A DNA stretch of 64,000 nucleotides from Bryobacterales bacterium (lineage in GTDB: Bacteria; Acidobacteriota; Terriglobia; Bryobacterales; UBA6623). A program made the translations under genes and the position numbers. The stretch lies in the NCBI GenBank assembly GCA_965204435.1, contig OZ241997.1:3076550-3140549 (forward strand), read 5' to 3'. Of the stretch, positions 1 to 8,122 are shown piece by piece (positions within the stretch are counted from its first letter, which is position 1; each line of letters begins with the position of its first letter). Below the pieces are notes generated by a model. The model saw nothing but the letters and a program-made list of their open reading frames with translations, made no database searches and was not told the origin of the DNA.

Positions 1-354
1 ATCCTTGTCCTTGCGCAGGATCGAGCGGAAGAACATCAGTCCCGCGCTGCGCTCGTCTCTGATCAGCGCGCGCTGGCTGCCGCTGGTGTCGATCAGCAGG
101 CCGATCGTCAGCGGCAAGTCAGTCTGGTGTGCAAAATAGCGGATCTCCTGCCTGACGCCGTCTTCGGAAAGGATGAAATCATCCTTCGTCAGGGTGCTGA
201 GCAGGCGCCCGTTGCGATCCTTGACCGTGGCGAGCAAGTTGACCACCCTGACGTCGAGCGAAAACGTGGGCCCTTCGTCGGCCGTTTCAGCATCTTGCGC
301 AACGACCGGCAACAGCGCCAGCACGGCCGGAAGCAGCAAGGCGAGCGGTCTCAT
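1..354 (-). CDS. VWA domain protein of the VWFA-related acidobacterial type, N-terminal part only (gene runs off the left edge)
   Basis: Minus-strand ATG at 352-354 opens a frame with no stop down to position 1 (118 codons). It encodes a signal peptide (MRPLALLLPAVLALLPVVAQ), then FSLDVRVVNLLATVKDRNGRLL..LTKDDFILSEDGVRQEI...LTIGLLIDTSGS, the usual start of this family. It is absent from the ORF track because it is open-ended. Confidence 0.7.
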   Translation of the reverse strand, partial: MRPLALLLPAVLALLPVVAQDAETADEGPTFSLDVRVVNLLATVKDRNGRLLSTLTKDDFILSEDGVRQEIRYFAHQTDLPLTIGLLIDTSGSQRALIRDERSAGLMFFRSILRKDKD

Positions 355-355
355 C

Positions 356-970
356 CTACATCGAGAGACGGAGGGTCCCGTGATCCGGTTTCTCCCCTGA
401 GAAGACGGATGCACGGCTGAAGGAGCGGGACTGGGTCGTTGCGGGGTCGCCTACGGCAATGTCGCGGACGCGGGCCAGGCCTTCTTGGTACGCCTCGCGC
501 AGCGCTTCCGGGGCCACGGCAGCGGCCGTGCGGGCCAGATTGAGCACGAACGGGGCGATTCGCGAATCAGCGACTAGGCCTGCAGTGTCGGCGACAGGTT
601 GAAAGGCCACCAGCGCCAGCAACAGCACAGCTGCCAAGAGCAGGCCGCGCAGGGCGCCGAACGCGGCACCCAGCAGCCTGTCGAGCAAGCCCAGGCCCGC
701 CAAGGACCAGATCCCGGCCAGCAGGCGGGCCAGCAGCGCGCCCGTGATCAGACACCCGACAAAGAGCAGCGCGAAGGCCGCGGCAGAGGCGACCTTCGCG
801 TTAGAGATCCACTGGGCCAGATAGCCGGCCAAGAGGCCGTAGCCCCACATCGCGACGAGCAGGCCGACGACAAGCGAGGCGATCCTGAGCAATTCCTTGG
901 TCAATCCGTTGAGGGTCGCGCCGATCACGGAGGCCAGCAGGATGGCTCCCAGCACGATGTCGAGCACCAT
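356..970 (-). CDS. cvpA: CvpA-family membrane protein
   Basis: 204-aa ORF with several hydrophobic helices and a CvpA-like N-terminus (MVLDIVLGAILLASVIGATLNGLTKELLRIASLVVGLL). The stop lies 1 nt before the next gene's start. Confidence 0.7.
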   Translation of the reverse strand: MVLDIVLGAILLASVIGATLNGLTKELLRIASLVVGLLVAMWGYGLLAGYLAQWISNAKVASAAAFALLFVGCLITGALLARLLAGIWSLAGLGLLDRLLGAAFGALRGLLLAAVLLLALVAFQPVADTAGLVADSRIAPFVLNLARTAAAVAPEALREAYQEGLARVRDIAVGDPATTQSRSFSRASVFSGEKPDHGTLRLSM

Positions 971-1048
971 CAGGCTTCCTCCGGCATCCGAAGAAGGCGC
1001 CTGGCTCGATTCGGCTGCGCGAGCATCTCCGACGCTGCCGGCATCGGA

Positions 1049-1669
1049 TCAGCCATGCGCTGGCGAGACATCGGTCAACGCCCCCCGGCAGGTGATCACG
1101 TAGGCCGGCGGGAAGTTCAGCCAGACGCGGGTCGAGCGCACCTTGGAAAAGTAGCGTCGCATCAGACTGCCCGTGTTGAAGTACTCGACGCGGCCCTGGT
1201 CGAGCTTGATGCGGTAAAAGTACTGGAACTGGGTGATGGCGCCCTGCGGATTCAAGTACGGCCGCAGCGGCCGGAAGACTGCATCAACAGCCGCGGCATC
1301 CATGTTCGCGATGCCCAGCGAGGAAACGACCGCATCCACGTTGGCGATGCCGCGCCGATCCAGTTCAGCGGTCGCGGTCTCGGCACCGGCGGCCACCACC
1401 TGCAGGCGTTCGTCCGGGATTTCCGAGCGCAGATAGTCGACGAACTGGGGATTGATCTCGAACGCCAGCAGGATGCTGTCGGCGGGCATGCAGCGCAGGA
1501 TCTCGCGGGTCACGACGCCCGTGCCGGGCCCGAATTCGATCACACAGCGACGCGCCGTGGATCGCAGCGGCTCCACCATCGCCTTGGCAAGGTGCTTGGA
1601 ACTCGGCGCGACCGCCGCGGTCTGCTTCAGGTTCCCCAATGCACCCGTGGCGAATCTGACTAGGCTCAT
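1049..1669 (-). CDS. class I SAM-dependent methyltransferase
   Basis: 206-aa ORF with the motif-I region VIEFGPGTGVVT and a Rossmann-like alternation of strands and helices. Confidence 0.7.
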   Translation of the reverse strand: MSLVRFATGALGNLKQTAAVAPSSKHLAKAMVEPLRSTARRCVIEFGPGTGVVTREILRCMPADSILLAFEINPQFVDYLRSEIPDERLQVVAAGAETATAELDRRGIANVDAVVSSLGIANMDAAAVDAVFRPLRPYLNPQGAITQFQYFYRIKLDQGRVEYFNTGSLMRRYFSKVRSTRVWLNFPPAYVITCRGALTDVSPAHG

Positions 1670-1725
1670 GTGCTGGTAGTTCCACGCGCGGACGCGGGCT
1701 GCCGGAAGAGTAGAGCTAACATTAT

Positions 1726-2769
1726 ATGGCGTTGCTCAGGCCCTGCACATTCAGGCTCGCGCCGGGGCGCAAGCGCCTGTCATTGGTGCCGCCCGGGCTG
1801 ATCGCGGCGTTCGCGCTGTGGCCGCTGGCGGCTAGCTTGACGGCGGCGGAAACGCTCGACTTGATCGGCAAGGTCAGTCCGTCCCTTGAGCGCGGCCGGG
1901 CCATGCTATCGGCGGTCCAAAGCCCGTTCCACGTCGAGTCCCCTGTGCGCCAGAGCCGGTTCGCGTTCCGCTCCCTAGTGCCCGGCGGCTACACGCTCGT
2001 CGTAATGGACCCCAGCTGGGGGCTGACGCGGCAGACCGTCCAAGTCACCGAGTCCTTTGCAGACAAGCGGGGCCGCGTCCATGTCGAGGTCGACTTGGAT
2101 CGCTCGGCAGTCACCCGGGCGCGCCGCGTGGAGGACCAAGGCACCGTCTCGGTCGCGGCGCTCAAGGTCACGCCGAAGGCGCGGGCGGCGGTGCGCAAGG
2201 CGCACGCACGATTCGGCAAGGGCGACCAGGAGGGCGGGATCGCCCTGCTGCACAAGGCCGTGGAGATCTCGCCCTCCTTCACGCAAGCTTGGAACGAACT
2301 TGGCACGGTGGCGTACAAGGCGGGGCGCTACGTCGAGGCGGAAGAGCACTTTCGCACGGCGCTTGACCACGACCCGCTCGCGTTCGAGCCGCTGGTGAAC
2401 CTGGGTGGCGCGCTGCTGTCGCAGGACCGTTTCGACGACGCGTTGAACTTCAATCTCGCGGCCCAGGGCATGCGTCCCGACAGTGCCCTAGCCAACTCGC
2501 AGCTAGGCATAAACTTCTTCTACAAGGGCCAGTTCCAAAAGGCGCGCGAGTTCCTGCTGCGGGCCAAGTCGGCCGATCCGTCGCACTTCAGCTACCCGCA
2601 GCTGTTCCTCGCCGAGATCTACGGCAAGCAGGGCAGGCTGGACGAGGCGCGGGACGAGCTGGACGAAATGCTGCGCCTGCACCCAGACTCTCCCGTCACC
2701 GAGTTGGCGCGGAACGCGCTGCGCCAGCTGGACTCGGCAGCCGCCGAGGCAGACAAGGGAGCGCCGTAG
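1726..2769 (+). CDS. secreted TPR-repeat protein with an N-terminal beta-sandwich-like segment
   Basis: 347-aa ORF with a hydrophobic leader. The C-terminal half shows repeated TPR-like A..W..LG..Y...G.Y..A...F..AL units. Confidence 0.65.
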   Translation: MALLRPCTFRLAPGRKRLSLVPPGLIAAFALWPLAASLTAAETLDLIGKVSPSLERGRAMLSAVQSPFHVESPVRQSRFAFRSLVPGGYTLVVMDPSWGLTRQTVQVTESFADKRGRVHVEVDLDRSAVTRARRVEDQGTVSVAALKVTPKARAAVRKAHARFGKGDQEGGIALLHKAVEISPSFTQAWNELGTVAYKAGRYVEAEEHFRTALDHDPLAFEPLVNLGGALLSQDRFDDALNFNLAAQGMRPDSALANSQLGINFFYKGQFQKAREFLLRAKSADPSHFSYPQLFLAEIYGKQGRLDEARDELDEMLRLHPDSPVTELARNALRQLDSAAAEADKGAP

Positions 2770-2882
2770 CGCCACGCGGGCTACGTCCCGCGCAGAGTCA
2801 TCGCGCCGAAGTGGGCGCGCCCCACAGCGTTCGTGCGGAACAGAGAGGCCGCAGTCGGGCACCGGGTGGTAGTCTGGGACCA

Positions 2883-5174
2883 ATGTTCGCACGCCTATCC
2901 CCGAGATTCCTTTCCGCCGCCGCGGTCATCGCGGCGGTCGCCATCGCAGCCGGGTGCGGCCAGGCGCCGCCCGAAACCTCGATGGTGAGCCGCTTCGCGG
3001 CGGACGTGGACCAAGAACTGCCTTGGCCGGAATATCCGCGCCCGCAACTGGTCCGCAGCCGCTGGCTCAACCTCAACGGCCAATGGGACTATGCCCTTAC
3101 CGACAGGGGCGCCGCCCAGCCGGCAACCTTTGACGGGCAGATCTTGGTGCCGTTCGCAATCGAGTCGACGCTGTCCGGTGTCGGCCAAGCGCCCACGGAG
3201 GAGCAAACGCTCTGGTACAGGCGCTCGTTCGAGGTGCCCGCAGAGTGGAGCGGCGAACGCGTGTTGCTGCACTTCGGCGCGGTCGACTTTCACGCCTCCG
3301 TGTTTGTCAACGGCCAGCTCGCAGGCGAGCACAAGGGCGGCTACACGCCGTTCACCTTCGATGTCACCGACTTGCTGGCCGATGCCGGACAGCAGGAACT
3401 GGCCGTGTCGGTCTGGGATCCCACGGACACCTGGACGCAGGCGCGTGGCAAGCAGGTGCGCGAGCCGAGCGGGATCTGGTACACCTCCGTGACCGGAATC
3501 TGGCAAACCGTTTGGCTAGAGCCCGTGCCAAGCGCCGGCTCGATCGAAGGGCTGGATGTTGAATCCGACCGGGAGGCCGGCGCGGCGGCCCTGACTGTCC
3601 GCACGCGCGGGGACTGCGCCGATTGCGAGGTCCGGCTGACCGCCTATCTCGGAGACACCGCCGTGGCCGAGGCCGCCGGAGACTCCGCAACAGCGCTCAA
3701 GCTCGAGCCGAGCGATCTCCAGCTGTGGACACCCGACACGCCGGCACTCTACGACCTAGACATCGCCCTGCTGCAAGGCGACCAAACCTTGGACAGGGCC
3801 AGCAGCTACTTCGCCATACGGGACATCGCGCTGGGCCAGGACGAGCGAGGCTTCACGCGCTTGCTCCTCAACGGGGAGCCGATCTTCATGTTCGGCCCGC
3901 TGGACCAAGGCTGGTGGCCCGACGGCCTGTATACCGCGCCGACCGACGAGGCCCTGCAATACGACATCGAAGTGACCAAGATGCTCGGGTTCAACATGGC
4001 CCGCAAGCACGTCAAGGTCGAGCCCGCACGCTGGTACTACCATTGCGACCGGCTGGGCCTGCTGGTCTGGCAGGACATGCCGAACGGCAACCTGCGGCGC
4101 GGCTCTCCCAACAGCCTGCTGGTAGGCTCCACCGATGCCGAGGACGCGCAGCGCCCGGCCGATTCCGCGGAACAGTTCGAAGCCGAGCTGGCCGAGCTTG
4201 TCGACACGTTCAAGTTCTTCCCCTCGATCGTCATGTGGGTTCCCTTCAACGAGGGCTGGGGACAGTACGACGTGGAGCGCATCGACTCATTCGTGCGCGA
4301 GCGCGACCCGACGCGGCTGGTGAACGCCACCAGCGGCTGGACCGACCGCGGCATCGGCGACGTGTTCGACGCGCACATGTACCCGGGCCCGGGCATGGAG
4401 CGCGTGCCGGCCGACAGGGCCACGCTGCTGGGAGAGTTCGGGGGCCTCGGCTGGCCGGTCGACGGCCACCTGTGGTGGACGGACAAGCGCAACTGGGGCT
4501 ACCGCACCTATTTCAGCCGGGAGGACCTCAACGCCAAGTACCAAGAGGTCGTTGGCAACCTCGTCGGGCCGCGCGCGTTGGGACTAGCCGCCGCGATCTA
4601 TACCCAGACGAGTGATGTGGAGGGCGAAGTCAACGGCTTGATGACGTATGACCGCGCGCTGGTGAAGTTCGACGAAGAAAGCGTCAATGCGCTGCACGGT
4701 CGCATCTACGCGGCCGAAGGCGTTGCGCGTTCGCTGCTACCCACCTCCGAGCACGCGCCCCAACAATGGGAATTCCGGCTGGACGCGCCGCCGGACGATT
4801 GGACGGGTGGCGAGGACGGCGCCGGCTGGCAGGACGGGGCGGCACCGTTCCAGTCCGGCGACAATGCCAATTTCCCAACCGGCACTGTCTGGTCGGGCGG
4901 CCAGATCTGGTTGCGGAGATCATTCGAGCTCGAAGAGGTGCCCGAAAACCTCTGGATCGAGGCATACCACGCGATCGATCAGGGCGAGGTTTACCTCAAC
5001 GGCCAGCTGGTCCTCGATTTCGCCGGCACGCGGTCCGGCGGGAGGCACTATCACCACATGGATCTCAGCGCTCACGCGGCCGCGCTGCGCCCCGGCCAAA
5101 ACGTGCTGGCGGCCACCGGTGATTTCGCCGGGGGCCTGCGAGGCTTGGATTTCGGCCTGTACGCCGTCGAATAA
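2883..5174 (+). CDS. glycoside hydrolase family 2 enzyme (beta-galactosidase/glucuronidase-like) with an extra C-terminal sugar-binding-like domain
   Basis: Track ORF is 2811..5174. The ATG at 2883 gives a lipoprotein-type leader (MFARLSPRFLSAAAVIAAVAIAAGC). GH2 hallmarks are present: PWPEYPRPQL..W.NLNGQWDY, FGAVDFHASVFVNG, NMARKHVK, WVPFNEGWGQ. Confidence 0.85.
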   Translation: MFARLSPRFLSAAAVIAAVAIAAGCGQAPPETSMVSRFAADVDQELPWPEYPRPQLVRSRWLNLNGQWDYALTDRGAAQPATFDGQILVPFAIESTLSGVGQAPTEEQTLWYRRSFEVPAEWSGERVLLHFGAVDFHASVFVNGQLAGEHKGGYTPFTFDVTDLLADAGQQELAVSVWDPTDTWTQARGKQVREPSGIWYTSVTGIWQTVWLEPVPSAGSIEGLDVESDREAGAAALTVRTRGDCADCEVRLTAYLGDTAVAEAAGDSATALKLEPSDLQLWTPDTPALYDLDIALLQGDQTLDRASSYFAIRDIALGQDERGFTRLLLNGEPIFMFGPLDQGWWPDGLYTAPTDEALQYDIEVTKMLGFNMARKHVKVEPARWYYHCDRLGLLVWQDMPNGNLRRGSPNSLLVGSTDAEDAQRPADSAEQFEAELAELVDTFKFFPSIVMWVPFNEGWGQYDVERIDSFVRERDPTRLVNATSGWTDRGIGDVFDAHMYPGPGMERVPADRATLLGEFGGLGWPVDGHLWWTDKRNWGYRTYFSREDLNAKYQEVVGNLVGPRALGLAAAIYTQTSDVEGEVNGLMTYDRALVKFDEESVNALHGRIYAAEGVARSLLPTSEHAPQQWEFRLDAPPDDWTGGEDGAGWQDGAAPFQSGDNANFPTGTVWSGGQIWLRRSFELEEVPENLWIEAYHAIDQGEVYLNGQLVLDFAGTRSGGRHYHHMDLSAHAAALRPGQNVLAATGDFAGGLRGLDFGLYAVE

Positions 5175-5191
5175 GGAGGCCGGTCGAAGGC

Positions 5192-6670
5192 TCAGTCGGC
5201 CAAGCGGCCCAAGGGACGGGTGTCGCCGCGCAGGCCGTTGCTGAAGGACTGCGCCTGCCTGGTGAGCCGTGCGACCACGTCCGGATGCTTGTCCGCAACG
5301 TCGCGCGATTCGCTCGGATCCCACTGGATCTGGTACAGTTCGCCGGGCACGATCTTGACGCGCTCGCCGTCAGACTCGGTCCCGAGGTGCAGCTTCCACG
5401 GGCCATCCCGCACTGCGCGCAAGAGCGGATTGTTTTCCGGGGGGCCGTCTTCAGCCCGGTAGCGGAAGGCGCCCTCGAAAAAGTACAGCGTCTCGTGCCC
5501 GCTGGCCTTGTCCGGAGAGGACCATAGCGGCTCCAAGTCGCGGCCATCGATCGTGCGATCCCGCGGTGGTTCGCCGCCGGCCAACTGCGCCAAGGTCGGC
5601 AGGATGTCCATCACGGAGGCGACCTTCGACGAGACCAGGCCCGCCGGGATGCGCCCGGGCCAGCGCAGGATCGCCGGGACCCGGATGCCGCCCTCGTATA
5701 CCGTGCCCTTGCTGCCGCGCAGCAGGCCCGCCGAGCCCGAATCGATGCCGTAGCCGGACCACGGTCCGTTGTCCGAGGTAAAGATGACCAGCGTTTGCTC
5801 GTCGAGGCCCAGTTCTTCCAGAGTGTCCAGCAAGCGGCCGGTGTGGTGGTCGATCTCCTCGATCACGTCGCCGTACAGGCCGCGCAGCGACTTGTCGCGG
5901 AACGCCCGGCCGCGGAACAGCGGAACGTGTGGCATGGTGTGCGCGATGTAGACGAAGAACGGCCCTTCGCGGTTCGCGCGGATGAACTCGATGGCCCGGT
6001 CCGTGTAGGCCGCGGTCAGCAGTTCCTGGCGCGGGTTGTGCTCGATGACGCTTCCGTTCTCGATTAGCGGCAGGGGTGGGAACCAATCGAGCGGGTAGGT
6101 TTCATCGGACTGCGCATAGCCTGTGTAGGCCGTGCGCTCGCGGGTGTAGCGCATGCGCTCGCCTTCATCGGGACGCCGTTCGATCTTGGGGTGGAACGGC
6201 CACATGTCATTGGAGTAAGGGATGCCATAGTAGGTGTCGAAGCCGTTGCGTGTCGGCAGGAACTCAGGCGCGTCGCCTAGGTGCCACTTGCCCAGCATGG
6301 CGGTGGCGTAGCCGCGGTCGCGCAGCAGTTCGGCAATGGTCACCTCGTTCGGGTGAATGCCCGTGCGCGCTCTCGGGATGTGGTTGAACATCAGGCTGTT
6401 GCGCGGCGGATAGGTGCCGGTCATCAAGGCTGCCCGGGCCGGGCCGCAAAACGGCTGAGCATAGTAGTCCGTCAGGCGCAGGCCCTCGGCGGCCATGCGG
6501 TCGATGCGGGGCGTGCGGATCGAGGGGTGGCCCTGCACTCCCAGGTCGCCATATCCTTGGTCGTCAGTCATGATGACCACGAAATTCGGCAGGTCGACGG
6601 CCGCCACCGGCACCTGCACAGCGACAGCAAGCCCGGCGAGCGCGGTAAGCAATGGAAGTGCGCGCGTCAT
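5192..6670 (-). CDS. arylsulfatase (formylglycine-dependent sulfatase family)
   Basis: 492-aa ORF with a signal peptide, then PNFVVIMTDDQGYGDLG and the CxPxR formylglycine motif (FCGPARAALMTG). Confidence 0.9.
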   Translation of the reverse strand: MTRALPLLTALAGLAVAVQVPVAAVDLPNFVVIMTDDQGYGDLGVQGHPSIRTPRIDRMAAEGLRLTDYYAQPFCGPARAALMTGTYPPRNSLMFNHIPRARTGIHPNEVTIAELLRDRGYATAMLGKWHLGDAPEFLPTRNGFDTYYGIPYSNDMWPFHPKIERRPDEGERMRYTRERTAYTGYAQSDETYPLDWFPPLPLIENGSVIEHNPRQELLTAAYTDRAIEFIRANREGPFFVYIAHTMPHVPLFRGRAFRDKSLRGLYGDVIEEIDHHTGRLLDTLEELGLDEQTLVIFTSDNGPWSGYGIDSGSAGLLRGSKGTVYEGGIRVPAILRWPGRIPAGLVSSKVASVMDILPTLAQLAGGEPPRDRTIDGRDLEPLWSSPDKASGHETLYFFEGAFRYRAEDGPPENNPLLRAVRDGPWKLHLGTESDGERVKIVPGELYQIQWDPSESRDVADKHPDVVARLTRQAQSFSNGLRGDTRPLGRLAD

Positions 6671-6907
6671 AGTTCGTCTCTTGTTGTTGGGGAATTGCAG
6701 TGCTCCAGGGCTTGCCCTTACGCACTACAATCCATCATCCCACTTGCGCTTCAGGGCGTTACCCTCGGCACCGTCCAAGTGGCTCGGCAATGGCTGCGGC
6801 GGGCCTGCCATCCTCAGGCCCGGACCCGGAATCTGGGGCGCACTCGGCGCTGGGAAGCGACAGCCCTTCCTGTCGCCGGCAATCTGTCGAAGAATGGCGG
6901 AGCTGCG

Positions 6908-8113
6908 CTATGGCTTGCTCGCGATCCGCGCCAGCCGATTCCCCGTCCGAACCACGAAGGACGCGTCCGCGGCTGCCACCCCGTAGACCCGACCCTCGGT
7001 GCTGAGCCGGTTCGTGGCCACGATCTCGCCACTGGACTGGGACAGGACTGCAGCCGTTCCGTCGACACCGAAAAAGTAGAGGCGTTCTCCGTCCGTGATC
7101 CCGGTCGCCCAGCATCCGGACGGAAGCCGCTTCGTCGAGATCTGCTCTCCCGTGCGCAGGTCCAGTTCGAAGAGGACGCCGACAGAATTGACGAGCCACG
7201 CGCGCCCTCCGGCGATCAGGGGAGAGCTGAACTCGGTCGTGGCCTTGTCAGCCGTCCAAAAGGTCGCGTTCGGGGTATCCAGTCGGAATGCGTGCGTCCC
7301 GCCAGCGTCACCCGCGCCGATCACGATCAGGCTCCCGGCCACGCCGGCCGACGGAACCGCATATCCGCGGCCGCCTCGCGCCGGACGCCGGAACACCTCC
7401 TCGCCGTTGTTCATGTCGTGCGCCGCCGCTCCGCCCCCGGCGGTTGTCAGCAACAGCGAGCGTCCCCCGTGCTCGATCGTCACGGGCGTTGAGAAGGACG
7501 GGGCCGGAGGCAGCCCCCGCACCCAAACATCGCGGCCGTCTTCGGCGGCGATCGCGTATAGGCGCCCCTCTCCGAACGGAGCAACGTGCAGGAAGAGACG
7601 GTCCCCGGACAGCACGGGCGAGCCGCCGATACCGTGGCGCCCGACCCAGTCATCGCCGCTCCGGGCCAGGTATCGAGCCCAGCGCTCCCTCCCAGTGTGG
7701 TCCAGCGCGACCAAGTCGCCACTTTCGAAGAACGCATAGATGCCATCCTTGTCCGCAACGGGCGTGGGCGCGGCGTTCGACATGCGCTCGTGCGCGTCCG
7801 TGGGCGCAGAAGACGGCCTCCGGTCCATCCACTCCAGTTGGCCGTCCGAGAGCCGGTACGCCGCAACCACCAAGGTCTCCTTGCGGCTGCCCACCGTGGA
7901 AGTGACGTACACCGTGCCGCCCCGGATGACCGGACTCGACTGTCCGTAGCCCTCGAGGCCGACAGACCAGGCCACGTTGGAGTCGTCAGACCAAGCCACG
8001 GGCAGGTCGCGAGCCGAGGTGACGCTCGATCCGTCTCCTCGGAATCCAGGCCAGCTGTCGCCGGCCAGCAGGCGGGCCGCCATCAGGGCAGCGAGGGGAA
8101 TCGCTTTTCGCAT
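6908..8113 (-). CDS. secreted PQQ-like (BamB-type) beta-propeller repeat protein
   Basis: 401-aa ORF with a signal peptide, then WPGFRGDGSS and repeated ...G.VYV.. / DG..LW blades. It starts 9 nt after the upstream receptor's stop. Confidence 0.75.
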   Translation of the reverse strand: MRKAIPLAALMAARLLAGDSWPGFRGDGSSVTSARDLPVAWSDDSNVAWSVGLEGYGQSSPVIRGGTVYVTSTVGSRKETLVVAAYRLSDGQLEWMDRRPSSAPTDAHERMSNAAPTPVADKDGIYAFFESGDLVALDHTGRERWARYLARSGDDWVGRHGIGGSPVLSGDRLFLHVAPFGEGRLYAIAAEDGRDVWVRGLPPAPSFSTPVTIEHGGRSLLLTTAGGGAAAHDMNNGEEVFRRPARGGRGYAVPSAGVAGSLIVIGAGDAGGTHAFRLDTPNATFWTADKATTEFSSPLIAGGRAWLVNSVGVLFELDLRTGEQISTKRLPSGCWATGITDGERLYFFGVDGTAAVLSQSSGEIVATNRLSTEGRVYGVAAADASFVVRTGNRLARIASKP

Positions 8114-8122
8114 CGTCGGCCC

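Noticed and set aside
2811-2882. An upstream start for the GH2 gene, and similar upstream starts for the genes at 16881, 33364, 44254, 53888, 54524, 58529 and 60155.
   Set aside because: The downstream ATG/GTG codons give canonical signal peptides or conserved N-termini and have Shine-Dalgarno-like sequences. The track simply reports the longest ORF.
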